Under the pieces are notes generated by a model. That model saw only the letters and a list, made by a program, of their open reading frames with translations. It did no database searches and was not told where the DNA came from. From Candidatus Micrarchaeota archaeon (GTDB lineage: Archaea > Micrarchaeota > Micrarchaeia > Anstonellales > JAHKLY01), in NCBI GenBank assembly GCA_020854825.1, contig JAHKLY010000001.1, positions 192,001-256,000 of the forward strand: a stretch of DNA of 64,000 bases. Reading direction: 5' to 3'. This document shows positions 29,828 through 39,470 of this stretch, one piece after another (position 1 is the first letter of the stretch; every line of letters begins with the position of its first letter). The position numbers and the translations under genes are program-made.

Positions 29828-32800
29828 CTACCTCAATATTTCTATTCCTATTCCCCATTGGTTTATTGGGTCTTCTTCTTTTATTATGGAATTTTTAAAT
29901 TCTCCTCTTAATCTAATTTCGAAGGATTCTCTTCCTATATTTATTTTTCTTGTTATACTTACTCCTAATGTGCCAGTTGCACCCAATCCCAGTATATGTC
30001 TTTGATTAATCTCTTCTCTATTATAAACAGCTAATGCACTTGCATCTGCCCCAATTCCCCAGTTTTTACCTATTGGAACATCAATATTTAAATTCATATT
30101 TGGAGACATAGTTAAATATCCACCACCTGCAAGTACTCCTTCAGGAGTTGTATATTCTAAATGTGTTCCTATGCCAATTTTAATATTATTATTATTTTTT
30201 ATTGGATTAATTAAAATCATTCCCCCTCCATATAATCTTTCAATATTTTTTTCATCGTAGAATTTTACTCCTCCATATATTGCAGTTTTATCTAAAAGTT
30301 TTCCAAAAATGGATTCAGATTTAGTTAAGGGTTGGACAACAGCACCTATTCCATATCTTATTTTTTTTTCTATTTCTTTTTCATTATTTAATATAGATTC
30401 TAAATCTAGATCTGATAATATTTCTTCTCTTAGTGCTTTTAATGTAAGTATAGTCTTTAAAGGAACTATATGAAATCCCATTTCTGCTATTGCTCTTGTA
30501 GTTAATGCTTTTTCTGAAAAATTAGTTATTTCTTTTATATCATCTCTAGTCACAATAATTTCTCCACTTTCTCCGAGTATTTCTGCTGCATATTCAGTAG
30601 TTTCAAAACCCGCTTTAAAACTATAAAAATTTATTCCGTTTTCAGAATATAGTGATTTTATAGTTTTTGTAGAAAACATTGCACCATATGTGTATGACGG
30701 GACCACACGAATATTAACTCTAGATCTAGCTTTTCCAACCATTGCACCAGAAATAATTTCAAATCTTCCTTCACTTACTGGATCTCCGGAGATTGGGTCT
30801 CTACCAAATAATAGTTTATATGCTTCATCAATTGTAATTCTGTTTGCAGTTAAATCAGTAAGTACTTCATCTAACATACCTTCATAATCTGTGTAAGGGT
30901 CTGATCTATCTATATCCTTAATCAAAGGTCGTAGATACTCTTCTATATTCGCAATAAAATTAGTTTTTAAATTATTGTAGGCAATTGTTCCTCCGAATTG
31001 ATCATATGTAGATAAGTTAGCAACAATTGTAATGTTTTCTAATCCTTCTTTTAAATAATTCGCAGTTTCTTGATAAGAATTTAGATCAGCTCCCGTTTCT
31101 AATTGAGGAACAGTAAAAGCAACTAAAACGTTTTGTATCTCTGAAGGCATGTTAACTTCCGGCATTTCTGTTATTTTTTCTCTTGAACCTATTATTATTT
31201 TTCCAACTAATGTAGGATTATCTGCAGGTTCCATTAATCTGATATACTCATGTTCAAATGGAAGTGCATATATTTTATATTCAGTTGATGATCCTTCTTC
31301 AGGAACTTCTCCTATATTTCTTGCATCTAATGTGTAATCAATTTTTCCATCTTCTCCTGCTTTTGTTATTTCACAAGAAACTATTTTCCCTTCAGAATTT
31401 ACTACATAAAGATAAATCCATGAATTTTTTGCTTCTTCGTCTTTAATTTTATTTTCATTTAATTTATTATTTTTATCTGTACTAAAAAATGTTCCTCCAT
31501 AAAATATTTGAGTATTAAATTGTAGATTAAATGAATTATCTGTCAAATCATCTATAATTAATGTTTGTCGCCCATCTCTTGTTTGTCTTCTTTGGAATAA
31601 TAATTGAACTGTTACTAAATTTTCTTCTTTTAAAGTTGTTAAATCTCCAGTTATAACTCCTTCACGTTTGTCTAATATAACATTTGATTTACCAACAGAT
31701 AATTGTAGTTTTGTAACTCCTTGTGTTAATTTATCAAAATCAAATTCAGGGACATAAAACCCATTTGCCCCAAGAGATTCTAAAGAGTTCTTTAATTTTT
31801 GTCCTTCTGGTTTTGTCCAAAAATCCCATTCTTTCCAAGTGCAGATTAAGGAGTAATTTAATCCTAATCTTCCGCCCGCAGCAGTATACATTAAGAAGAA
31901 CATTCTCTCATCTTTCATATTTTCAAGTGAATTCCTAATATCTCTTTTTGTTATATTTGGATTTAATTGTTTATTTATGTCTTCAGAAGATCTGACTATA
32001 TATATCCAAGCTAAATCTGTCATTTTATCTAATATTTCTCTTGATTCTTCTTTTCCTTCTAAAACAAGATTCCTCATTTTTTCCATTGTCCATCCTTTTG
32101 AATCAGCAAATTTTTCTAGTTCTCCAAGAAGTTTTTCTGCATTTATATATGCATTAATGTGGTTTTTGATAGGGTATTTTATAAAATCTCCCATTTTTCC
32201 TTCTTTTGTCATTATTTCATTAAATTCAGTGGAGCTTATTTTGTGGTCTCCATATCTATTACTAACACCATAGGTTAAACCACACAATATGAATGCCAAT
32301 TTATACTGTTCTTGTAGATAATTAGGTATTGAAGAATAAGAAACTATATTTGGATTATTATAATAAGATTGGATAGCAGTTTTTAGATTATTATCCATGA
32401 AACTCAATTTATAAATATCTTGTAATGTTAAGTTTTCTTTATTTGCTAGTACATACAATTCTTGTAATCTTGAATTTGATTCACCAAATGTATTTTTTAA
32501 TTCCAATGCAATTAAAATATTTGGAAGATTGATAAAACCTTTGGTAACTATATCTATCATTTCAGTTGTGGGGTTTCTCCAATCTACATCTGTTGTTATT
32601 CTTAAATCTTCTAAAGATTCGACGATTAATGGATGTAACGTATTCATACCTATCATCCATCGTCTAAAATTACTATCCTTTGTAAATTGGTTAAAAAATA
32701 AATCTTTATTTTCATTGTTTATTCTTAAGTCTAAAGTTAATTCTCCTTGTTCATTTTTGGTGATTTCATATTTGATCATATTTGTACCATAGTATATATC

Positions 32801-33733
32801 TGCATATCTTATTAAATCAAAAACAATTCCATTTCTAAATTGTTTAAGATAATCTTCAAAATCAAATGTTGTTTGATTTGGATTACCAATATTTACGAGA
32901 TATATCTTATCTTCAATTGAAATCTCGGTTTTATTTATTTGTTCATACGTTTTTCCTTGTATATTTTCATAAGAACTTCCAATAATTCCAGCAGTTTTTG
33001 AAGCATTAAATGATACATTAGATAATGTTCCATCTCCAAAATCATACCCACTTATAATTGCATCTAAGCTGACTTTACCCTCTAGTGCTGAATTTAAAAT
33101 ATCAATAATAGGCATATTTGTAACTAAACTTGGTTCTGTTTTACTAGGAACAATTCCAGTTAATTTTTCGTGGGTTACAAAACCCCTATCAAAAAATTGA
33201 TCATATAATTTATCAATCTGTATTATATTATCTTTTTGTTGTGCATCAAATTCTTTTTTTTTACCTTGGATAATTATAGAGGTATGGTAGGTTCTCAGAA
33301 ATTCTTCTTGTATTTTATTTGTTTTGATAGTTCTTGTTTCTTTATGGATTGCATTAAATCTACTTCCAGGATTTATTTGTGTTTGTAAAAGAGTGTATAC
33401 AATTCTCTGTGCTTCAATTTCTAATGATTCAGAAGTATTTTCTAAGGCAGTTTTAATATCTTTTTTTAATGCGTCATTATTTCTAATAAAATTTTGGTTT
33501 TCAAAAAAATTCATCAAAATATCTATTTTTGATTCAATTGTTGAATGCTGATTTCCCATACCATAATCACCTTCATAATTATTATAATTATCTCTCTTTA
33601 AAAAAGTATTTAATAGTTCCTTTTCAATTAAAGGTTGGGCAAAACTCAATGTGCTTTGAAAAAGCATAGCTCCAGCTGCTAGTTTTATAGTAAAATTTCT
33701 AAATTTTTGATTTTTAAAAAAGTGCTTTTTCAT
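29828..33733 (-). CDS. Secreted giant hypothetical protein (1301 aa) with beta-barrel-like C-terminus
   Basis: Signal peptide ending SFA-Q; FGRDP motif; strands ending QWGIGIEILR. Confidence 0.82.
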   Translation of the reverse strand: MKKHFFKNQKFRNFTIKLAAGAMLFQSTLSFAQPLIEKELLNTFLKRDNYNNYEGDYGMGNQHSTIESKIDILMNFFENQNFIRNNDALKKDIKTALENTSESLEIEAQRIVYTLLQTQINPGSRFNAIHKETRTIKTNKIQEEFLRTYHTSIIIQGKKKEFDAQQKDNIIQIDKLYDQFFDRGFVTHEKLTGIVPSKTEPSLVTNMPIIDILNSALEGKVSLDAIISGYDFGDGTLSNVSFNASKTAGIIGSSYENIQGKTYEQINKTEISIEDKIYLVNIGNPNQTTFDFEDYLKQFRNGIVFDLIRYADIYYGTNMIKYEITKNEQGELTLDLRINNENKDLFFNQFTKDSNFRRWMIGMNTLHPLIVESLEDLRITTDVDWRNPTTEMIDIVTKGFINLPNILIALELKNTFGESNSRLQELYVLANKENLTLQDIYKLSFMDNNLKTAIQSYYNNPNIVSYSSIPNYLQEQYKLAFILCGLTYGVSNRYGDHKISSTEFNEIMTKEGKMGDFIKYPIKNHINAYINAEKLLGELEKFADSKGWTMEKMRNLVLEGKEESREILDKMTDLAWIYIVRSSEDINKQLNPNITKRDIRNSLENMKDERMFFLMYTAAGGRLGLNYSLICTWKEWDFWTKPEGQKLKNSLESLGANGFYVPEFDFDKLTQGVTKLQLSVGKSNVILDKREGVITGDLTTLKEENLVTVQLLFQRRQTRDGRQTLIIDDLTDNSFNLQFNTQIFYGGTFFSTDKNNKLNENKIKDEEAKNSWIYLYVVNSEGKIVSCEITKAGEDGKIDYTLDARNIGEVPEEGSSTEYKIYALPFEHEYIRLMEPADNPTLVGKIIIGSREKITEMPEVNMPSEIQNVLVAFTVPQLETGADLNSYQETANYLKEGLENITIVANLSTYDQFGGTIAYNNLKTNFIANIEEYLRPLIKDIDRSDPYTDYEGMLDEVLTDLTANRITIDEAYKLLFGRDPISGDPVSEGRFEIISGAMVGKARSRVNIRVVPSYTYGAMFSTKTIKSLYSENGINFYSFKAGFETTEYAAEILGESGEIIVTRDDIKEITNFSEKALTTRAIAEMGFHIVPLKTILTLKALREEILSDLDLESILNNEKEIEKKIRYGIGAVVQPLTKSESIFGKLLDKTAIYGGVKFYDEKNIERLYGGGMILINPIKNNNNIKIGIGTHLEYTTPEGVLAGGGYLTMSPNMNLNIDVPIGKNWGIGADASALAVYNREEINQRHILGLGATGTLGVSITRKINIGRESFEIRLRGEFKNSIIKEEDPINQWGIGIEILR

Positions 33734-33755
33734 ACTTAATATTTGTTAAGAAGTA

Positions 33756-33768
33756 TATAAAAATGTTT
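33756..33768 (-). promoter_or_regulatory. BRE-TATA promoter of the 1301-aa gene (leaderless geometry)
   Basis: AAACATTTTTATA ending 22 nt before the ATG; same geometry at 15193, 19384, 22626, 27297 and 56417. Confidence 0.6.
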
Positions 33769-33874
33769 ATGAATTTGTAATTATATTCATTTGTAATTGG
33801 TTTAAATTTTAAACTAACCTTTATAAAGTTTATTTTAGTAGATTGTTTATAAAACTTATTAAAATAGAGGTGAT

Positions 33875-34564
33875 ATGGTGGTAGATACTTCAATCATTAT
33901 GACTGAATTAGCAACAAAATTCGGTGCAAATGCATTAAACGTGATTTATGCTATCCTTTGGGTAATAGTAGGATTATTAATAGCTAAAATTATTGGAATT
34001 GCATTAAGACATGCATTTGAAAAGTTAGGAATAGAAAGAAAAATTAAAGAAAAGCGATTACATAATGCATTATTAGGATTTACAATAACAGGAACAATAG
34101 CATTCTTATTTGAATTAGCAGTATTTATTGTATTCCTAGGTTTTGCAGCAGAAACATTGAATGTATTATTCTTTACAAATCTAGTTCTTACTTCAATAGA
34201 ATGGATTAGAATGATTGGAATGGCAATAATAATAATTTTCATAGGTATGTTTGTAGGGGAATTATTAAGCAATAAAGTTGAAAGTAGTAAAATTGCATTT
34301 TCCAATTGGTGGAGTATTGCATTAGAAGTCTTTATTGTTTATATAACAATAATAATGGCATTAGGAGTATTTGTAGATCCAAGCACAAATACAAGAGTTT
34401 TTGAAGGAGCGATTAATCTATTGATTTATTCATTTACAATAGCAATTGCAGCAGTATTTATTGCAGTAGGATTAGGAATGGGAATTGCAATAGGTCTTGG
34501 AGGCCAAGATATTGTTAAATCTGTTTTGAAAAAGAAACAGACCGATATTGAAAAACTTTTCTAA
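33875..34564 (+). CDS. MscS TM-helix repeat (CmpX-like) membrane protein
   Basis: Repeated TM-helix pattern and C-terminal AIGLGGQD. Confidence 0.75.
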   Translation: MVVDTSIIMTELATKFGANALNVIYAILWVIVGLLIAKIIGIALRHAFEKLGIERKIKEKRLHNALLGFTITGTIAFLFELAVFIVFLGFAAETLNVLFFTNLVLTSIEWIRMIGMAIIIIFIGMFVGELLSNKVESSKIAFSNWWSIALEVFIVYITIIMALGVFVDPSTNTRVFEGAINLLIYSFTIAIAAVFIAVGLGMGIAIGLGGQDIVKSVLKKKQTDIEKLF

Positions 34565-34596
34565 GTTTTCTTCTTTTTTTATTTTTATGAATCTTT

Positions 34597-34706
34597 CTTT
34601 TTGGTTGAGCTTTTGACATCTTTGATGTCAAATTTTTAAACATTTTTCAAATGTTTAAAAGCTTTTACTTTCTTTTCTAAAGAAAGAAAAAGGTTAAAAG
34701 TAAAAA
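34597..34706. repeat. Stack of perfect AT-rich hairpins between the convergent cmpX-like gene and tRNA-Ala
   Basis: TTTGACATC/GATGTCAAA (34612-34632), TTTTAAACATTT/AAATGTTTAAAA (34634-34660), CTTTCTTT/AAAGAAAG (34668-34686), each with a 3-nt loop. Confidence 0.85.
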
Positions 34707-34707
34707 A

Positions 34708-34904
34708 TGGACCTGGGGGGAATTGTTCTGCGAATCAAAATTGAAGTCAAAATTCTTCGAATTTTGAGATCCTTTTTGAACGCGTTGCGTTCAAAATCTC
34801 AACGCTTCGCGTTGAACCCCCGGCCTCCTGCATTCCCGAGTCCTTTCTTTTCCCTAAAAGAAAGGCTATGCCAAGCAGGCGCGCTACCGCTGCGCCACAG
34901 GCCC
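34708..34904 (-). tRNA. tRNA-Ala(GGC) with two introns (37/38: 34833-34868, 36 nt; 58/59: 34723-34811, 89 nt)
   Basis: Spliced 72-nt cloverleaf GGGCCTG TG GCGC AGCGGTA GCGC G CCTGC TTGGCAT GCAGG AGGCC GGGGG TTCAATT CCCCC CAGGTCC A; G3:U70 alanine identity pair. Confidence 0.92.
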
Positions 34905-34937
34905 ATATCAATATTATTCTTAGTTTATTTTAAAAGA

Positions 34938-35268
34938 TTAACTTATAATTTTAAATTCAATTACAAGCACACCAAACTTTTTTCATCTTTTCTTGAATAG
35001 TATTTATACATTGAGTTATTAGCAGATTCAATAGTTTTATGTCCTTTTTCATATTTTTTGAGATCATAATTTTCATAAGCTTCTTCAAAAGTTTTGAATT
35101 TATCCAGTTCAATAGCATCTACTTTTAGACTTTCTTTATTTTCCGGGCTTCTATAGAAAACAATAGTTATTTTATATTTAGATTCTGCCTTTTTTCATCA
35201 AAAAGCCATATTTCTATTTTTTTATCACCTTTCCTTATCTGCTCAAATGGAATAGGATTAAGATGCAT
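34938..35268 (-). pseudogene. ASCH domain protein pseudogene
   Basis: MHLNPIPFEQIRKGDKKIEIWLFDEKRQ (ASCH N-terminus), then a stop and frameshifts; later fragments KFKTFEE, YYSRKDE, FGVLVIE. Confidence 0.75.
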
Positions 35269-35310
35269 TATGTGTTGTATTTCAATTACCTAATTAGAAT
35301 AAAAAGAAAG

Positions 35311-35541
35311 TTATGAAGGAGAAATGTAAACTACAGAATCTCCTCTTAATAATATTGTTCCAAATCCTTTCTGAACTTCACCATCTTTTAAAAATTCAGC
35401 TTTTTCTAAAACAATATTCATGTGTATATCATAAGATACCATCACTCCTCTAAATTCAACATGACCTTTTAAACCAATAACCACTGTGTTGTTTAATGCT
35501 GTGTTTAAAACATCAAATGGTCTTCTTTTTTGTTCCTCCAT
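35311..35541 (-). CDS. Sm-like archaeal protein (SmAP1)
   Basis: RPFDVL, YDIHMNIVL, LRGDSVVYISP. Confidence 0.95.
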   Translation of the reverse strand: MEEQKRRPFDVLNTALNNTVVIGLKGHVEFRGVMVSYDIHMNIVLEKAEFLKDGEVQKGFGTILLRGDSVVYISPS

Positions 35542-35604
35542 TTAATCACCTCTAAAAAAACAAAAGTTTTCTTATTATTAATTTTTATGTAAAACAATTT
35601 AAAC

Positions 35605-36063
35605 TTATAGGTTATCCATTTTGATTACAGTATCAGCAGTATTTTTTAATGCGATACTAAATCCAGGCTCTCCTCCTATTACAATTGTTTCTTTTCCATG
35701 TTCTTTTGCTTTAACTAAAACAGGCCTGAAATCTGTATCTCTTGTCATTAATGCAATAACATCAATATGTGGATTAAATATTTGTTCAATGGCCTCACAT
35801 GCCATAGTTACATCTACATCTCCAGAAGTTATTACTGGTTGATATCCTTGATTAATCATTGCTTCAATTAATTTATCTGATGCATATTGGTCAAGAAATA
35901 CCTTTCCTATTTTAATTTTTCCATATTTCTTTAATTCTTTTTTTAATGCGTCTAAATCTAAATGCATATCTTTTCTTATAACATTTGGACCGTCTATAAA
36001 AAGAGCAATATTTTTATCATTTTTCTTTTTAAGTAAATGTCCGATCTTTTCTAGAACTGTCAT
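35605..36063 (-). CDS. NYN domain (LabA/TIGR00288-like) protein
   Basis: [28 protein letters not shown]. Confidence 0.9.
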   Translation of the reverse strand: MTVLEKIGHLLKKKNDKNIALFIDGPNVIRKDMHLDLDALKKELKKYGKIKIGKVFLDQYASDKLIEAMINQGYQPVITSGDVDVTMACEAIEQIFNPHIDVIALMTRDTDFRPVLVKAKEHGKETIVIGGEPGFSIALKNTADTVIKMDNL

Positions 36064-36075
36064 TATTATTACCTC

Positions 36076-36777
36076 CTATATATTGAAGAAATTTTTTGCA
36101 TTTTCGTATGTTTTTTCTTCAACTTTTTCTTCTGAAACACCGAGGGCATCTGATATAATTGAAATACTTTTATAAATGTCAAATAAATTTTTGCCCAAAT
36201 AAGGTGCATCAGTTTCTATTACTAGATTATGCAAGCCAACATCTTTTATTACTTTCTTTTTTAAGTCTGATTTAATTGGAGGAATTGAAATTAACATATT
36301 ATGTTTAACTGCTTTTTTAGCAGAATCTCTATTACCAGAATAACAATGCAATAGAACAGGTAATTCAAAATTTATCAATCGATCTATGACTTCATCTTCT
36401 GCTTTTCTTGAATGTATTAGAACTGGAAGTTTTAATTCTTCTGCTAAACACAACATTTTTTCAAAAACAATTTTTTCATTTTTTATTTGTTCTTTAGTTT
36501 TACCCCAATGATAATCTAATCCGATTTCTCCTATTGCTATTGGTTTTTGATGTTTTATAAATTCAATCCATTCATCAACGATTGTTAAATCATTTAAATC
36601 TAATACTGTATGTGGGGCAATACCTAATGCACAATATACGGATTTATATATTTTACCTATTTCAACAGCCTTTTGATTAGCTTCGTGTGAATACCCACAG
36701 GTAACTGCAATTTGATTATTTATAAATTCTATTTTATTAAATTTATCTAAATGACAGTGTGTATCAAAAATAACCAT
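36076..36777 (-). CDS. tatD: TatD family hydrolase
   Basis: DTHCHL, IGEIGLDY, IHSR, LHCYSG, ETDAPY; the ORF-track extension to 37215 is antisense to aIF5A. Confidence 0.92.
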   Translation of the reverse strand: MVIFDTHCHLDKFNKIEFINNQIAVTCGYSHEANQKAVEIGKIYKSVYCALGIAPHTVLDLNDLTIVDEWIEFIKHQKPIAIGEIGLDYHWGKTKEQIKNEKIVFEKMLCLAEELKLPVLIHSRKAEDEVIDRLINFELPVLLHCYSGNRDSAKKAVKHNMLISIPPIKSDLKKKVIKDVGLHNLVIETDAPYLGKNLFDIYKSISIISDALGVSEEKVEEKTYENAKNFFNI

Positions 36778-36850
36778 GCTAAAATAAGCAATCATTAACT
36801 TTATAAAGTCTAACCTATAATAAGATTTACTTATTCTTCTAGGTGATAAT

Positions 36851-37252
36851 ATGACAGGGGAAAAATTATATGTGGACTCAAAAAGTTTAAAAGTAGGAAA
36901 ATACATGTTGATTGAAGACATCCCATGTAGGATAGTTAATATTGAAACTTCCAGACCAGGGAAACACGGGCATGCAAAAATGAGAATAACTGGAGTGGGA
37001 ATATTTGATGGACAAAAAAAACAATGGCTTGGAGCAGGAGGACATGATGTTGAAGTTCCAATTATTACAAGGAGTAATGCACAAGTTGTTTCTGTATCTG
37101 GAAATAGTGCACAATTAATGGATGTTAAAACATATGAAATATTTGAATTGCCAATTCCAGAAGAAATGATGTCAGAGGCAGAAGCAGGAGCAGAAGCTGA
37201 ATTATTAGAGGCCATGGGCAGAAAAACAATTCAAAGAATTAAGAAAGCATAG
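36851..37252 (+). CDS. eif5a: Translation factor aIF-5A
   Basis: Hypusine motif SRPGKHGHAK. Confidence 0.96.
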   Translation: MTGEKLYVDSKSLKVGKYMLIEDIPCRIVNIETSRPGKHGHAKMRITGVGIFDGQKKQWLGAGGHDVEVPIITRSNAQVVSVSGNSAQLMDVKTYEIFELPIPEEMMSEAEAGAEAELLEAMGRKTIQRIKKA

Positions 37253-37261
37253 GTGGGAGTT

Positions 37262-37567
37262 ATGGATATTAATATTAAAAATAAAAAAGAAAATAAATTG
37301 TTAAACAGAACAGAAGTAGAATTTGAAGTTAGTTATGAATCATCAACCCCGAGTAGACAACAAGTTATACAAAAGTTAGCAGCATTATTAAAAGTAAAAT
37401 CAAATTTAGTTATATTGAGTGAATTAAGAAGTGATTTTGGGAACAAAAAAGCAAAAGCAAAAGCAAATATTTATGTTGATGAAGAGACAATGCAAGACAT
37501 AGAAAGAGAGTATTTAATCAAAAGATCTCATAAGGAAGAATCTAAAAAAGAGGAAGCAAAAGAATGA
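37262..37567 (+). CDS. rps24e: 30S ribosomal protein S24e
   Basis: ENKLLNRTE, TPSR, FG...A.IY. Confidence 0.93.
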   Translation: MDINIKNKKENKLLNRTEVEFEVSYESSTPSRQQVIQKLAALLKVKSNLVILSELRSDFGNKKAKAKANIYVDEETMQDIEREYLIKRSHKEESKKEEAKE

Positions 37568-37577
37568 GGTGTGATTA

Positions 37578-37757
37578 ATGGGTAAGAAAAAGAGAAAAGT
37601 AAAGAAAACTGGAAAAAAACCAAAAAAACCAGTTAAAAAAGAGATTAAAACATACAAAAAAATAAAATCTTGTCCTAAATGTGGGCCTGGAGTTAAGTTA
37701 GCGGACCATAAAGATAGATTATCATGTGGAAAATGTGGATATTACGAGAAAAAGTAA
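37578..37757 (+). CDS. rps27ae: 30S ribosomal protein S27ae; not in the ORF track
   Basis: Hand translation ...[30 protein letters not shown] (59 aa), directly after rps24e. Confidence 0.95.
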   Translation: MGKKKRKVKKTGKKPKKPVKKEIKTYKKIKSCPKCGPGVKLADHKDRLSCGKCGYYEKK

Positions 37758-38485
37758 ATGATATTCTCCTTATTTTATTATTTTCCTCCTTTTTATTAAT
37801 TTTATTTACTCTTCCAGAAATTAATTCATATTCCTTTAATGAATATATTATAGGTATTAGTATCATATTTTTATTATCATTATTTATTTTAAGCAAATAT
37901 GGATTTAAACTTTGGTCAATAACTATGATTTTTTTTCTAATTTTTTCTTTAATAAGAGATAATATGATTTTATTAGCGCCTTCATTGATTTTTTTATGTT
38001 TTCCATTTTATTGGGAATCACAAAAAGGGAAAAAATATACAAAAGTACTATCTGAATATGGATTATATTTTAAAAACAAATTTTCTCTTTTAATTTATGG
38101 AATTGTTGGTTTTTTTGGCATTGTTTTTTTGGTTGTTTTAATTGGATTAGTATTTTATCTTTTTGGGCTGAATGATCAACAGAATGTTAAAGAAGTAGTT
38201 AAATCTTTACCTTTAATTTCTATTCCTTTAGCTATTATTCTTGCTCCATTAGCAGAAGAGATTTTTTTTAGGGGGTTTTTATATAAAAAAATAGGAATTT
38301 GGATATCTGCAGTAATTTTTGCATTATTACATTTTTCTTATGGATCTATTGTTGAAATTGCTGTTGCTTTTGCAATTGCATTGTTTTTAACATATTTATT
38401 TATTAAAACAAAATCTTTATGGCCTTCAATAATCGCACACAGTCTTTTTAATTTATTTGCATTAGGAGTAATGTGGTTATTATGA
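37724..38485 (+). CDS. CPBP family intramembrane metalloprotease (CAAX/Abi); start uncertain
   Basis: [22 protein letters not shown]. Confidence 0.88.
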   Translation: MWKMWILREKVNDILLILLFSSFLLILFTLPEINSYSFNEYIIGISIIFLLSLFILSKYGFKLWSITMIFFLIFSLIRDNMILLAPSLIFLCFPFYWESQKGKKYTKVLSEYGLYFKNKFSLLIYGIVGFFGIVFLVVLIGLVFYLFGLNDQQNVKEVVKSLPLISIPLAIILAPLAEEIFFRGFLYKKIGIWISAVIFALLHFSYGSIVEIAVAFAIALFLTYLFIKTKSLWPSIIAHSLFNLFALGVMWLL

Positions 38486-39435
38486 ATGTTTTAGGAATAG
38501 AAAGCACAGCACATACATTGGGAATTGGATTATTTGATGGTAAAAACCTATTTCATTCTAAAGATATGTATAAACCAAAAAATGAAGGAATTATACCTAG
38601 AAAAGCAGCAGACCATCATTTAGAAGTTTTTAACTTTTTAATCGAAAATGTGTTAGATGAATCTAATTTAAATTTAAATAAAATAACTGGGATTGCGTTT
38701 TCACAAGGTCCAGGCATAGGACAAACATTACAATTTGGATGTTCATTAGCAAGATATTTGGCATTAAAATATAAAAAACCTTTAATTCCTGTTAATCATT
38801 GTCAAGCACATATTGAGATAGGTAAATGGAATTGTAATCTTAAAGATCCTTTAACAATTTATGTTTCTGGTGGAAATACGCAATTAATAATAGAAAGAAA
38901 TAGTAAATACTATGTATTAGGTGAAACTTTAGATATTGGTATGGGTAATTTATTTGATACTTTTGGTAGAATAATGGGTTTGGAATTTGCTCATGGATCT
39001 GTTTTATCTGAAATGGCAGAAAAAGGAAAATATATAGATCTACCATATTCAGTTAAAGGAATGAATATTGTTTTTGGTGGGTTGTTAACTGCTTCTAAAA
39101 AAGCACTTAAGAATCATAAGAAAGAAGATATTGTATATTCAATGATGCATAATGCTTTTGCATCTTTAACAGAAGCTTCTGAAAGAGCGTTATGTTTAAC
39201 ACATAAACACGAAATTCTGCTTTGTGGAGGAGTTGCACAAAATGTTATGTTTCAAAATATGCTTAAAAAAATGGCATATCTGCATGAGGTTAAATTTGCA
39301 GTTCCTAAGAATGAATATAATGCAGATAATGGAGCTATGATCGCATTATTAGGGCATAAACTATTAAAAAATAAAAAAACAATTCCAGTTAAAAATTCAG
39401 TGCCTAGACAAAGATGGCGTGTTGATAAAGAATAG
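38482..39435 (+). CDS. kae1: tRNA N6-adenosine threonylcarbamoyltransferase Kae1
   Basis: LGIESTAH, VNHCQAH, VSGGNT, GETLD, DNGAMIA. Confidence 0.95.
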   Translation: MNVLGIESTAHTLGIGLFDGKNLFHSKDMYKPKNEGIIPRKAADHHLEVFNFLIENVLDESNLNLNKITGIAFSQGPGIGQTLQFGCSLARYLALKYKKPLIPVNHCQAHIEIGKWNCNLKDPLTIYVSGGNTQLIIERNSKYYVLGETLDIGMGNLFDTFGRIMGLEFAHGSVLSEMAEKGKYIDLPYSVKGMNIVFGGLLTASKKALKNHKKEDIVYSMMHNAFASLTEASERALCLTHKHEILLCGGVAQNVMFQNMLKKMAYLHEVKFAVPKNEYNADNGAMIALLGHKLLKNKKTIPVKNSVPRQRWRVDKE

Positions 39436-39470
39436 TAAGCAATAAATACTTTTTCTAATTAATCAAGTAT

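Noticed and set aside
34707-35000. 97-aa ORF
   Set aside because: Antisense to the intron-containing tRNA-Ala
36778-37215. Long N-terminal extension of TatD
   Set aside because: Antisense shadow of aIF5A; TatD starts at MVIFDTHCH
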